From positions 62,001 through 126,000 of the forward strand of contig JAHEAD010000004.1 of the NCBI GenBank assembly GCA_019721075.1: DNA of 64,000 nucleotides. Reading direction: 5' to 3'. Made by a program: the position numbers and the translations under genes. Below are positions 18,898 through 29,157 of this stretch, piece after piece (the stretch's first letter is position 1; each line of letters begins with the position of its first letter). The notes beneath the pieces are model-generated. The model did no database searches and was not told the origin of the DNA. It saw only the letters and a list, made by a program, of their open reading frames with translations. This DNA comes from Candidatus Sysuiplasma jiujiangense (GTDB lineage Archaea; Thermoplasmatota; Thermoplasmata; Sysuiplasmatales; Sysuiplasmataceae).

Positions 18898-19896
18898 TCA
18901 GGGAAGCATGCAGTAGTTTATCGAGACCTCGCAAATATCAGTCGAGTAATATGCAGTCCTCCTGATGGACTCCTCGATCAGTGCAAGATTGATTGCCTCC
19001 TCTCCCTTGACCTTCTGTATTTTCCTTGACAGTTCAGAAAGAAAATCCTTGAGCGATTCCCTTTGATCGATGACCCTGTTCGCTTCCTCGACGTTTCTTC
19101 TGAAGAAAGCATTCATGGCTCCATCCAGCATCCGTATTGCTATCTGGTGGGCGTTAGCGAACTTCTCCTTCATTTCGCCGCCAGGCTGAAATTCATTGAG
19201 CTCCCCGACTGATTTGGCAATCTGCACCGCATGGTCTCCAATCCTTTCAAGATATCTGGCAATCTGGAAAAAAGAGTTACTCTCATCGACAGTTATCCTG
19301 AGCTTCTCCGACAGCATCATATTTTTCATCATCATGTTGTGCACCTTCATGATAATCCAGTAAAGCCGGTCAGCATCGTAGTCTCTGTTTATCACATCCA
19401 CCGCTAAAGAAGCATCACTGTTCATGAATGCACCGACGGCATCCTCCTGCATGGACTTCACAATGAGATGCAGGCGCCTTACTCCCTTTTCCTGCGAGAG
19501 TTCAAGCGGATCGCTCAGATCCTTGATGACTATGTTGTTTATGCTCTCTTCCACAATCTCAACACCTGTAACAGATCTCGTGAAATGCCTTATTCTCTCC
19601 TTCATTGAATTATCTATTCTTTCCTTTGCCCTCACTGTTATCGTGTCGAAACCCATCACATAGGCACCTATCAGCATCCTCTCGAGATGTACGGGGCTCT
19701 CCTTGCCTATCATGAATTCCTTGATCCTTGACCTGCGCGCTTCCATGATTGTCGGACTCACATTGAGTATTCCGCTGTCGCCAATTGAAAGCGCAAGAAA
19801 ATCGCCTGTCTTAACACCCATTTTCCTTACCCATTCCTTTGGCAGTGATATGGTGTAAGTTGAATTGCCAGTGAACTGCACTTTTCTTGTTTCCAT
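18898..19896 (-). CDS. Phosphate uptake regulator, AbrB-PhoU-PhoU type
   Basis: METRKVQFTG.STYTISLPKEW (AbrB-like), AYVMGFD.I, D..DRLYW, LERIGDHA, RR.A.YS.DI.E. Confidence 0.9.
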   Translation of the reverse strand: METRKVQFTGNSTYTISLPKEWVRKMGVKTGDFLALSIGDSGILNVSPTIMEARRSRIKEFMIGKESPVHLERMLIGAYVMGFDTITVRAKERIDNSMKERIRHFTRSVTGVEIVEESINNIVIKDLSDPLELSQEKGVRRLHLIVKSMQEDAVGAFMNSDASLAVDVINRDYDADRLYWIIMKVHNMMMKNMMLSEKLRITVDESNSFFQIARYLERIGDHAVQIAKSVGELNEFQPGGEMKEKFANAHQIAIRMLDGAMNAFFRRNVEEANRVIDQRESLKDFLSELSRKIQKVKGEEAINLALIEESIRRTAYYSTDICEVSINYCMLP

Positions 19897-19900
19897 AATC

Positions 19901-19965
19901 TCTATAGTAACTAAATAAGTATATATTTTAATGTATCTCTATATAGAATATATAAGCTATATTGA
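19901..19965. promoter_or_regulatory. AT-rich divergent promoter with repeated TATATA-like motifs; candidate operator for the AbrB-PhoU regulator
   Basis: TATATA at 19920, 19940 and 19949, TATATT at 19958, TAAATA at 19912; perfect palindrome TCTATATAGA at 19938-19947. Confidence 0.5.
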
Positions 19966-20076
19966 TAAATCAACCCGGTCTGTTCCGCATCTGTGACAGC
20001 GTCAGCAAATCAACCTGAAACAGTGCAGTCGTCGGATATGTCATTCAACCCGCTTGTCAGATGCCGGTGGTCCTGA

Positions 20077-22059
20077 TTGGGGAACAGCCCCGCACAGAGC
20101 CCTTTTGCGTCTCTGGATGAACAGGGAATCAGAAAATTTCACATAAGAACTCTAATCGTCTCGGGAATGGGCTTTTTCACGGACGCGTACGATCTGTTTG
20201 TCATAGGCGCGATACTTCCCATTATAAGTGTTTATTTCGGCATATCCGACAAGTCTCTCACCTACGCACTCATATCCAGTTCAGCGCTTTTCGGTGCAAT
20301 TATAGGACCGCTGATTTTCGGACCTATAGCGGACAGATTTGGCCGCAAGATTGTTTACAGTTTCGACCTTGTGATCCTGATATTGGCCGCGATCGGCTCC
20401 GCAACATCGGCTAATCCGAGCCAGCTCATCCTCTGGCGGTTTCTTCTCGGCATAGGCATCGGGGCAGATTACCCTGTAAGCGCAACAATAATGTCCGAGT
20501 TTTCCAACAGGAAGGACAGGGGAAAGCTTGTTGCCTCCGTCTTCGCAATGCAGGGATTCGGCCAGCTCACGGGAGCACTGGTCACTGTTCTGACGCTCCT
20601 TCTTCAGGCACCACTCTCGCTTTCCTGGAGAATACCGCTTGCAATGGGAGCAGTCCCGGCAATTGCAGTTCTGTATGTGAGGAATAAAATATCCGAAACA
20701 CCACGGTTTGCAGCATTTTCAGGAATGCAGTCCGGAGATGCGAATGCAGCCGTCACAAACAGCGCTGCACTGACTCAGGAAGAGCAGAGGAGATACGGTA
20801 TCAGGATACCAAAACGCGATATTTTTTCAATGTATATACCGCTTATACTCGGAACCTCACTGTGCTGGTTCGCCCTGGACGTTGCGTTTTACGGCACAGG
20901 AATATTCACCAACACCATAATACACAGCACAGGTTCCATTTCAATCCTGCATTCCACCGAAATCACTGCAGCAATTTTCCTTTTCTCTGCTTTCCCGGGT
21001 TACTGGGCGGCTGTTTATCTCATAGATAATCTGGGAAGAAGAAAACTGCAGGTTCTCGGTTTCCTCTTCATGGCAGTCGCATATTCTTCAATAGTGCTTA
21101 TACCGTTCATTATTTCGGATGTCACAGCTCTCTTTGTCGTATACGGTTCAACATTCTTCTTCATCAACATGGGTCCGAACACGACCACGTTTGTCGTTCC
21201 TGTTGAGGTGTTCCCCACCCAGGTGAGGAGTACTGCCCACGGCATAGCCGCCGCATCCGGCAAATCGGGCGCAGCAATGAGCGCGTTTCTGTTCCCGTTC
21301 ATGCTGAGCTATATTCATTTAAGCGGCATCTTTTCATGGCTCGCCGTGATATCGGTGATGGGTGTCGCGCTTACGCTGTTATTCATACCGGAGGGGCAGG
21401 ACAGGCGTCTCGAAGAAGTCAGCGGGGAGGAGAGACTGCTTAAAACATATTCGGAATTTTCGGATCTGACTTCGGAACTCACTGAAAAGATCGTCTACGC
21501 CTCGGAGGAGACAAACAGATTCGTGCAAACCTGGGGCGATACTGCAGATATTTCCAGGAGAGTGAAGGAAATAGAGCATGACTGTGACGAAATAGTTCAC
21601 AGGATCTTCGTAAGGCTTAATACAAAATTCATTGCGCCGATAAACAGAATGGAAATAGTTTCGCTTGCGCAGGCGCTGGACGATATAATGGATTACCTGG
21701 AGGCAACAGTTGCGAGATTCGCAATGTATCACATAGAAAAATCAGACGACAGCATAAGGGAATTCATGGGCACTATTGTGCAGTGCACAAGAGAAGTTGC
21801 CACAGGAATTCAGCACATAAACGACATTTATGACAAGCGGTTCGACAGGATAGTCAACAGCTGTATCGAAATCAACAAGTATGAAAACGAAGCGGACACA
21901 ACACTCCGTGTGTCACTCGAAAATCTCTTCAGGGGGACGGACGCGATAGAGATCGTAAAGCTGAAGGAAATTTACGACAACCTGGAAACTGTAACGGACA
22001 AATGCGAGGATGTTGCCGATATACTCAGGGATCTGACTGTGAAATACAGAGGCGTCTGA
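20077..22059 (+). CDS. MFS phosphate:H+ symporter (PHO84-like) fused to a C-terminal DUF47/PhoU-like domain
   Basis: GMGFFTDAYDLF, DRFGRK, GIG.DYP.SATIMSE, GPNTTTF..P.EVFP...RSTAHG..AA.GK; then KEIEHDCDEI...DDIMD...ENEAD...EIYDNLE..TDKCEDVAD. Confidence 0.88.
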   Translation: MGNSPAQSPFASLDEQGIRKFHIRTLIVSGMGFFTDAYDLFVIGAILPIISVYFGISDKSLTYALISSSALFGAIIGPLIFGPIADRFGRKIVYSFDLVILILAAIGSATSANPSQLILWRFLLGIGIGADYPVSATIMSEFSNRKDRGKLVASVFAMQGFGQLTGALVTVLTLLLQAPLSLSWRIPLAMGAVPAIAVLYVRNKISETPRFAAFSGMQSGDANAAVTNSAALTQEEQRRYGIRIPKRDIFSMYIPLILGTSLCWFALDVAFYGTGIFTNTIIHSTGSISILHSTEITAAIFLFSAFPGYWAAVYLIDNLGRRKLQVLGFLFMAVAYSSIVLIPFIISDVTALFVVYGSTFFFINMGPNTTTFVVPVEVFPTQVRSTAHGIAAASGKSGAAMSAFLFPFMLSYIHLSGIFSWLAVISVMGVALTLLFIPEGQDRRLEEVSGEERLLKTYSEFSDLTSELTEKIVYASEETNRFVQTWGDTADISRRVKEIEHDCDEIVHRIFVRLNTKFIAPINRMEIVSLAQALDDIMDYLEATVARFAMYHIEKSDDSIREFMGTIVQCTREVATGIQHINDIYDKRFDRIVNSCIEINKYENEADTTLRVSLENLFRGTDAIEIVKLKEIYDNLETVTDKCEDVADILRDLTVKYRGV

Positions 22060-22140
22060 TTGCCTGCGATGGAAGGTCCTGTCTGCCTTTAATATTCAGC
22101 TTTTATACTTTTTCAGCATCTCCTGACCTGGAGCGTTGAT

Positions 22141-23250
22141 TTGCGAAACATTCCGAATACCGGTAAATCTGTCGGTAAAAGGGACAGCAGCGTAAGCGCC
22201 TCCTCCCTGATCCGCAGGCTCAGGCGGATAGACCGCATTGAGAGGCTGCCGGAATTCAGAAAGGCCGTGAACCAGCTCCGCATCTCCCTGAGAGGTTCGG
22301 ACGTCGTTGCGGTTTACGAAGACGGTGACAGTGGTTCTGAACGCACGGAAATAACGGTTTCGGCCATTGCCAGAGAACTCGAACAGATGCTTGGCGCCTA
22401 TACGCTGGGACGGGCGAAATACTACCTGCACAGGCTGCTGAGGGGACTGAGTGAGACGAAGGAGAACGGCCTCAACGATATGAATATGAACAGATGGAAA
22501 GACTACGGTGACATCATAACGGACAGCCTGTGGATTTTTGACCGGAGAGACAGATCCGGCTCGCACAACGCGGGTTACTGGGGCAATTTCATACCACAGA
22601 TTCCGTACCAGCTCCTGAACAGATTTACAAAGAAGGGGCAATGGGTTCTGGACACATTTCTAGGAAGCGGCACAACGCTCATTGAATGCAGAAGGCTCGG
22701 AAGAAACGGCATAGGCATAGAGCTTTCTGCCGAAGCAGCACATGCCGCGGCCAACTCTATTGGCAGGGAAGCAAACAGATACGGAGTCCGAACTGAAATA
22801 ATCAGGGCAAACAGCATCGAACTGGATTATTCAAGAGTGCTTGAAGATGCGGGCATATCATCTGTCCAGTTCATACTTATGCATCCGCCCTATTGGGACA
22901 TAATAAAATTCAGCGGGGATCCGGCCGATCTTTCCAATTCCCCATCTGTTGAAGATTTTCTACGTGGGATCAGGTCGATCGCCGAAAGGACGTATCCGTA
23001 TCTTGAAAGTGGAAAATACATGGCCCTTGTAATCGGCGACAAGTACTCCGGGGGGGAATGGATTCCGCTGGGATTCCGTTCGATGGAGGAGATCCTCCGC
23101 ACTGGTTACAGGCTAAAATCGGTTATAGTGAAAAATTTTGATGAGACGAGGGGAAAAAAATCGCAGAAGGAGCTGTGGAGATACAGGGCGCTTTCCGGTG
23201 GTTTCTACGTATTCAAGCATGAATACATTTTCCTCTTCAGAAAGGGTTGA
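22141..23250 (+). CDS. SAM-dependent amino-methyltransferase (probable N4-C/N6-A DNA methyltransferase), orphan
   Basis: GNFIPQIP, VLDTFLGSGTT (motif I), GIEL, MHPPYW (motif IV variant), HEYIF. Confidence 0.75.
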   Translation: MRNIPNTGKSVGKRDSSVSASSLIRRLRRIDRIERLPEFRKAVNQLRISLRGSDVVAVYEDGDSGSERTEITVSAIARELEQMLGAYTLGRAKYYLHRLLRGLSETKENGLNDMNMNRWKDYGDIITDSLWIFDRRDRSGSHNAGYWGNFIPQIPYQLLNRFTKKGQWVLDTFLGSGTTLIECRRLGRNGIGIELSAEAAHAAANSIGREANRYGVRTEIIRANSIELDYSRVLEDAGISSVQFILMHPPYWDIIKFSGDPADLSNSPSVEDFLRGIRSIAERTYPYLESGKYMALVIGDKYSGGEWIPLGFRSMEEILRTGYRLKSVIVKNFDETRGKKSQKELWRYRALSGGFYVFKHEYIFLFRKG

Positions 23251-23288
23251 ATCATGCCCGGAATTGCATCTGCCTCGACGGGCGTGCA

Positions 23289-24971
23289 TCAAGGTGTGTA
23301 CTCGTAAATTGTTGCGAATCCGTTTGTGTACACTTCAACAAAATACTGTGTCTTCAGCATGGCTTCAAAATAGGGCGGTATCGGGTTATCTGGCTGGTTA
23401 GGATAGAAATTTGCCGATGCAAGCATCTCCTTGTCCAGTATTATGTAGCCTACCCTCGCAGGTCCGTAAGGCGTTCTGGAGCTGTTCAGCCGTTCGAGGA
23501 GCTGCTGAATGTCGGCTGAATGAAATACGGGATAGCCGCCAAATTCCCAGGTAGCCTCTCTATTTCCATATCCGAAAATAATCGAGCTTAGCCTGTGATC
23601 GGAGGCAAATGTGGAATTCTTCTGCGTGTTCCATGCGGCCCAGTTGGAAGCATCGAGATCCTGAAACGGGGTTGCGCCGATCTTGGATGGCGATGAAAGC
23701 TGCGTGCTCGCGGCTGTTATGGATGACGTCGAAAGTATGAGAATCACGGCCACTGCAACCGCACCCCAGACCCTTCGCTCAGGCTTCAGCAGCACCTCGA
23801 TAGAGGTTATCGCTGCAAAACCGACAATGAAAGAAAGAATGAGGTAGAGGTACTCGATTACCCTGAGGGGCACCAGGTATGATATCCCTGTCGCCATGCC
23901 AAACACAATTATGACCAGGACAGAGATCAGCAGGAGACCGAGAATCGCACTTTCAGTTTTAAGGGAAGAAAACTGGAGGAAAAGGAAACCGCCCAGTACA
24001 GGAAGAGCAAGGGAAGGTGTGAAGAGCACTGTCAGCGGGTTGGGATAGACCGGTATTGATGGAAAACCAATCACAGCTACTATTGTCGCCGCAATCAGGG
24101 TCCCTGTCACAACAGCTGCTATTTCAAGCCTCATTCTTGCTGAATTTACATGGAAATGTAACTGCTTACCCTGAACAGGCGAGTACCTGCCTGCAAACCA
24201 TATTATGAATGCGGTGGCGAACGGCGCGACGATCGCAGCAGGCAGGGGCATTATCCTGACAATGAAAAGGGTCACGAACTGCGGCGCCATTGTCAGCCAG
24301 TAAGCTAATCCGGCAGCCGATATCAAAACAAAGGAGAATAGCGACTTTTCCAGTTCCCTCGAGGCGCTTCTTCTCAGGAATGAATAATAGAAGAGCGCAA
24401 GCATCAGGAACAGTATGATAAATACAGTCCCGAGATGATACGAAGGCAGCATCGCGAAAGCTATCAGCATGGAAGAGACAAACCTGAAAATGCTTCCCGG
24501 GGAAGTAAGATAGAAGTACAGGAAGAAAATGAGCAGCAGTTCACCGAACGTATCGGACGAAAGTATGGAAGTGTGGCCCGCAGTTACAACAGATGCCGAG
24601 TAGAAGAGCGAAGCCATAACCGCACCGCCCCTGCTACCGGTGAGCGTTCTAGCGAGAGCTGCAACCGGAAATACAAGAAGGGATGAAATGAAGGGCATAG
24701 AAAGTTCGCTTATCGCCGATGAAGAAACGCCTGATGCCGCAGAGAGCGCTCCCAGCAGCTCATAAACACCGGGGAACTCTGTATACGTCTGTCCGAAACC
24801 GGTATATGGAAAGGGAATCCTGCCATTTGCTGCAAAATAGTTGACTATGTAGTAATTTTCACCGGTATCTGGTCCCCACACATTGAAGCTCAGCGGCATT
24901 ATGAGCCTTATCATTAATGAGGCAAAATAAAGCGAAAGTATTGAATAAAAATACCATTTTCCCTCTTTCAT
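23289..24971 (-). CDS. Polytopic membrane protein, possibly GT-C-like
   Basis: Many hydrophobic segments, first-loop WGPD motif, C-terminal soluble domain (W...NT...STF.SD). Confidence 0.6.
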   Translation of the reverse strand: MKEGKWYFYSILSLYFASLMIRLIMPLSFNVWGPDTGENYYIVNYFAANGRIPFPYTGFGQTYTEFPGVYELLGALSAASGVSSSAISELSMPFISSLLVFPVAALARTLTGSRGGAVMASLFYSASVVTAGHTSILSSDTFGELLLIFFLYFYLTSPGSIFRFVSSMLIAFAMLPSYHLGTVFIILFLMLALFYYSFLRRSASRELEKSLFSFVLISAAGLAYWLTMAPQFVTLFIVRIMPLPAAIVAPFATAFIIWFAGRYSPVQGKQLHFHVNSARMRLEIAAVVTGTLIAATIVAVIGFPSIPVYPNPLTVLFTPSLALPVLGGFLFLQFSSLKTESAILGLLLISVLVIIVFGMATGISYLVPLRVIEYLYLILSFIVGFAAITSIEVLLKPERRVWGAVAVAVILILSTSSITAASTQLSSPSKIGATPFQDLDASNWAAWNTQKNSTFASDHRLSSIIFGYGNREATWEFGGYPVFHSADIQQLLERLNSSRTPYGPARVGYIILDKEMLASANFYPNQPDNPIPPYFEAMLKTQYFVEVYTNGFATIYEYTP

Positions 24972-25199
24972 CTACCCCGTGAATCGGCCAACTCCTATAA
25001 ATCCGATGCATATTCGACTCTGCTGTCTTCCATACGCCAGTAATATGTGCCCGATGACCAATATGCCCGACAGTAAAATGGGAAATGTTATGTTATCCCG
25101 CTGGCTGCCGGCATGGGCTCTTGCAGCAGTATCTGCAGACGGGTCTGAAAAAAGGCAATTTCTTTATCCTATGTCCCATAATGGTATGGCGGCCCTGTT

Positions 25200-26384
25200 A
25201 TGCCGTATCTGAAGGATGTATATCTTGTCCATTACGTAAGGAGTGCTTTCAGCAGATCCAGACCAAGCCAGCCTGAAAGGGATGTATTCAACACGATTCG
25301 GATGGATGAAGTCCTTTCAAGGCTAATCATGCATGCTGTTTCGAGCAATTCCATCCGCGCTGCTGAAATCAATGATGTCATAGTTGGGTGCGCCTACCAG
25401 CGCGATGAAAACTGGACGTTCGGTGGAAGACACCCTGTATTCCTCTCACACCTGCCGGCTGAGGTCCCTTCTGCAGCCGTCGACAGGGCGTGTTCATCTT
25501 CGCTGAACGCGATTTCATTCGGCGCGATGGAAATTATGACCGGCGCAGCCGACATAGTACTCGCCGGCGGGATGGAACATATGACACATGTTCCCCGCCT
25601 TTCCAACAGGCTCTGCGAACCCCTCCTGAACGACGCATCCTACTCTTCATACAGAATGGATGTAGGTTATCATATGGGTCTCACCGCCGAGAAACTTGCA
25701 AGGGAACGGAATATTGGAAGGGCTGAGATGGATGAATACGCGCTCCGGAGTCACCTGCTCGCGACAGAAGCGCTCGAATCGGGTTTTCTCCAGGGTGAAA
25801 TACTTCCGATTGAAGTCGGCAGCCCGGATTCCAGGATGGTTGTTGACAGGGACCAGAGCATTAGGGCCGATACAACTTCTGAAAAGCTGGCGGCTCTTCC
25901 GCCTGCATTCATGAAGGACGGCCTTATTACTGCGGGCAATTCTTCCCCTCTTAACGCAGGTGCATCGCTGGTAACACTGATGTCAGGGGATAAGATGAAT
26001 GAGCTGGGTATAAAGCCGCTCGCAAAACTCGTTTCTCTAGGATGGGCGTCAGGTGATCCGTCCATTATGGGCGCAATGGTTGTGCCGGCAATCCGAAAAG
26101 CGCTGGAACGCGCTTCCCTGTCGGCTTCGGACGTTGACCTCTGGGAGATAAATGAGGCGTTTTCTGTCGTTGTTCTGAATGCAATCCGTGAGCTGAAGAT
26201 TGACAGCGGGACCGTGAATGTCAACGGCGGGGCAATCGCGATAGGTCATCCCCTGGGTGCAACCGGTGCAAGACTTGCCGGAACACTTTCAAGAATGCTT
26301 GAGGCAGGAAAAGGCGATTATGGTGTGGCAGCAGTCTGTGTCGGCGGCGGGCAGGGATATGCTGTCGTACTGCAGCGCGTTTAA
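25200..26384 (+). CDS. Acetyl-CoA C-acyltransferase (thiolase)
   Basis: RACSSS, GGMEHM, TAGNSSPLN.GA, EINEAF, NGGAIAIGHPLGATG, CVGGGQG. Confidence 0.93.
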   Translation: MPYLKDVYLVHYVRSAFSRSRPSQPERDVFNTIRMDEVLSRLIMHAVSSNSIRAAEINDVIVGCAYQRDENWTFGGRHPVFLSHLPAEVPSAAVDRACSSSLNAISFGAMEIMTGAADIVLAGGMEHMTHVPRLSNRLCEPLLNDASYSSYRMDVGYHMGLTAEKLARERNIGRAEMDEYALRSHLLATEALESGFLQGEILPIEVGSPDSRMVVDRDQSIRADTTSEKLAALPPAFMKDGLITAGNSSPLNAGASLVTLMSGDKMNELGIKPLAKLVSLGWASGDPSIMGAMVVPAIRKALERASLSASDVDLWEINEAFSVVVLNAIRELKIDSGTVNVNGGAIAIGHPLGATGARLAGTLSRMLEAGKGDYGVAAVCVGGGQGYAVVLQRV

Positions 26385-26449
26385 TCAGGAATGCAATGCC
26401 GTTTTCTTCAGTCAACTGCAGTACAAGCCGACGGGATATTTCCAAACGC

Positions 26450-27034
26450 TCAAATCAGAGGCCCTGAGGTCATCGTGTTTGTCTGAAGATCCACCAGATT
26501 CGATAACTTGGCTGTATTCATTCCTCCGAAATCGGAAAATACGATGTAGACGTAATGGCCAAGATGGCTGACCGCAAATGAGAAGCCGAGCACCGAGGAA
26601 AAACCGGATATTGTGGAGTTGTGCGGAAGAATTATGAACGCATAACGGTAGCTTTTGTAAGCAGAATATACGTAGTGGCTTGTCGGGAGGAAACTGTGCA
26701 GTTCACCTATGGAAGAGTTGATCGAATCATAGGCTGTTTGCGCTTCTGATGATGTATTGTAGAGGACTATTGTTATCCTGATGTAATTGCTGCCTGAAGT
26801 ATAGTTCGTTGACTCCGCCCTTACAACTGACAGGGAAGGTGTAATGCTTCCTGAAAGTACGGTGGTATTCAATTTCTGGCTGCTGTAGCTTGTTCCAGCC
26901 GCACTGTTCACACTCTGAACGCTCGGGAAAGCGAAATGAGGTGCAGTACCGAACGGTATGAAAGCGAGGACAACTGCAATCGCCACTATCACCACGGCGA
27001 AGAAACCGGCAACCATCTTTTCTTCTTTCTTCAA
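26450..27034 (-). CDS. Hypothetical membrane-anchored/secreted Ser/Thr-rich protein
   Basis: N-terminal hydrophobic helix, several N-x-S/T sequons. Confidence 0.6.
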   Translation of the reverse strand: MKKEEKMVAGFFAVVIVAIAVVLAFIPFGTAPHFAFPSVQSVNSAAGTSYSSQKLNTTVLSGSITPSLSVVRAESTNYTSGSNYIRITIVLYNTSSEAQTAYDSINSSIGELHSFLPTSHYVYSAYKSYRYAFIILPHNSTISGFSSVLGFSFAVSHLGHYVYIVFSDFGGMNTAKLSNLVDLQTNTMTSGPLI

Positions 27035-27257
27035 ATCCGTCTCAACTCCGTCAGGAATGCCTGCCTATACTCAGATTGATTGCATTATTTAATCCCGCTT
27101 GCATAGAAAATCATTGTAATGAGGCAGGCCGTGCACTCTTCAATTTTACTGGCTTCGCCGGTCAGCGCTATTGCACTTTTCAAAAGGTCTGTCAGCGACA
27201 CTGAGTGTATTGAGGATCTGCAAAATGTTTTATCTTAATGCGGCTGATTGTTCGGTT

Positions 27258-28205
27258 ATGCCAAAAGTGCTATCGACCTGTGTACTCCCGGGCAAGTATT
27301 TCGAATTACTCAGAGACAGCGTGGATTTGCAGTTATGGCCGAATGAAGGAGTCCCGGACAGCTCATGGCTGAAGGCAAACATGGGCGACAAAGAGGGTCT
27401 CATTGTCACGCTGTCCAGCAGGGTGGACAGAGAACTGATTGATGCAAGCCGCAAGCTGAAAGTCATAAGTACCTACAGCGTGGGATATGACCACATAGAT
27501 GTCAGGCATGCGAGGGAACGCGGGATATGTGTGACCTATACGCCCGATGTCCTGACAGGTGCAACGGCCGACCTTATATTCGGTCTCCTGCTTGCCGTCA
27601 GCAGGAGAATTGCAGAAGGGGATGCCTTCATCAGGAGTGGAATGTGGACAGAACCCTGGCGACCTGATTTCATGCTCGGCCATGATGTGAATGGAAAGAC
27701 GATTGGCATACTGGGGGGAGGGCGAATAGGAAGGGCCGTTGCCAGAAGGGCATCAGGTTTCGACATGAACGTTCTCTACAACAGCAGGAGCCCGAAACCC
27801 GGCTTCGAAGGAAGATACGTCAGCCTGAACACGCTCATCCAAATGTCCGATTTTGTAGTTCTGACAGTCAGCCTCAACAGCGAAACGTTTCATCTTATGA
27901 ATGAGGAGAGGCTTATGATGATGAAAGCCGGAGGCTTCCTGATAAATGCTTCCAGAGGGGGAGTAATTGACGAGACCGCACTTTTTAAAGTACTGAAGGA
28001 GGGCAGAATAGGCGGAGCTGCACTTGATGTATTTTCAAGGGAACCGCTCGGATCAGGCATTGCCTTTGGAAATCTGAAAAATGTAGTGCTCACGCCACAC
28101 CTCGGCAGCGCCACGTTTGAAACGCGGTTCAAAATGACAGAAGTGCTTGTCCGTGATTTGCTTGCGGTCCTGAACGGCTCTCCGCCCGCACATGCTGTAA
28201 AATGA
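27258..28205 (+). CDS. D-2-hydroxyacid dehydrogenase (glyoxylate reductase-like)
   Basis: YSVGYDHID, TPDVLT.ATAD, G.GRIG, INASRGGVIDE.AL, ALDVF..EP, TPHLGSAT. Confidence 0.9.
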   Translation: MPKVLSTCVLPGKYFELLRDSVDLQLWPNEGVPDSSWLKANMGDKEGLIVTLSSRVDRELIDASRKLKVISTYSVGYDHIDVRHARERGICVTYTPDVLTGATADLIFGLLLAVSRRIAEGDAFIRSGMWTEPWRPDFMLGHDVNGKTIGILGGGRIGRAVARRASGFDMNVLYNSRSPKPGFEGRYVSLNTLIQMSDFVVLTVSLNSETFHLMNEERLMMMKAGGFLINASRGGVIDETALFKVLKEGRIGGAALDVFSREPLGSGIAFGNLKNVVLTPHLGSATFETRFKMTEVLVRDLLAVLNGSPPAHAVK

Positions 28206-28233
28206 ACGGCGATCGGCCGACAGGGAAAAGAAA

Positions 28234-29157
28234 TTAATTCTTTTTTCGCGCGGTCCCGTCACCGTCCCTGCTGAATTCTTCCCCGATTACCCTCAGGAGT
28301 TCAAAAATGACACCAAGTCCTTTTCTTATGTCCGGATCAGAGGGAGACAGAAGCGAAAGTCCTCCCTTCTTTGCCGGTGCGTTTTCAAGCTGTTTAATCA
28401 GCGAGTCTGATGAAAGCACTGCCAGCATCCTCCTCAAAACAGGCGATGATGCCGCATTCAGCAGCGCCTGGACGTCTCTCCAGTGTGCAAGAACCTCTGA
28501 AAACAGCTCGGATAGGTTGGCGGCAGATTCGTCGTTCATGCCGTCACGAAACGACTTCAGTACGTAAGCACCGTCGATCAATGTATCCAATACACCCTCG
28601 CGTTCTATTCTTGCCAGTTTGGAAAGTGCCGACGTTATCTCTTCGCCGGTAAGGAGCGAGGAATATTGCTTCCAGAAGGACATAACTTCGGTCAGGTTGC
28701 CGAACAAATTCTCTATCGCATCGTCGTTCAGTCCCTCCCTGACGGCTCTGAGCACATACCCTGCACTTGCGAGATTCTCCAGGACTCCTTCCCTCTGCAT
28801 CCTGCCCAGAAGGTCGATGGTTTCCGCAAGTTCGCTGCTGTCCCGGCGGAGGGTATCAGCAAGTTTCAGCGTATCGTCTGTTGAAAGGGCGGAGGCCAGC
28901 TCAAGCAAACGGGAAGCTGTTCTGGAGACAGACTCTACAGCTTCGTCGTTCAGTCCTTCCCGCATTCCCCTGACAGCAGCCAGTACATGCGATAGCGCTT
29001 CCAGCTGGCCCTCATCCACAAGCTTCTTGAATTCGGTCATAACACTGTTGAACTTCGGCAGATCTGTTATGAAATCGTGCAGTAGCTTTTCTTCCGCAGT
29101 GTCGAGTACAAATCCACGCTCCTTTACGGCTCCATTTTCGCTCAAATCTATCACCAT
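28234..29157 (-). CDS. DUF1641-type helical membrane-plugin protein with internal repeats
   Basis: C-terminal GLSLL...DPDIRKGLG...ELLR.IG; three G.L..L.....L...R.G.ND repeats. Confidence 0.75.
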   Translation of the reverse strand: MVIDLSENGAVKERGFVLDTAEEKLLHDFITDLPKFNSVMTEFKKLVDEGQLEALSHVLAAVRGMREGLNDEAVESVSRTASRLLELASALSTDDTLKLADTLRRDSSELAETIDLLGRMQREGVLENLASAGYVLRAVREGLNDDAIENLFGNLTEVMSFWKQYSSLLTGEEITSALSKLARIEREGVLDTLIDGAYVLKSFRDGMNDESAANLSELFSEVLAHWRDVQALLNAASSPVLRRMLAVLSSDSLIKQLENAPAKKGGLSLLSPSDPDIRKGLGVIFELLRVIGEEFSRDGDGTARKKN

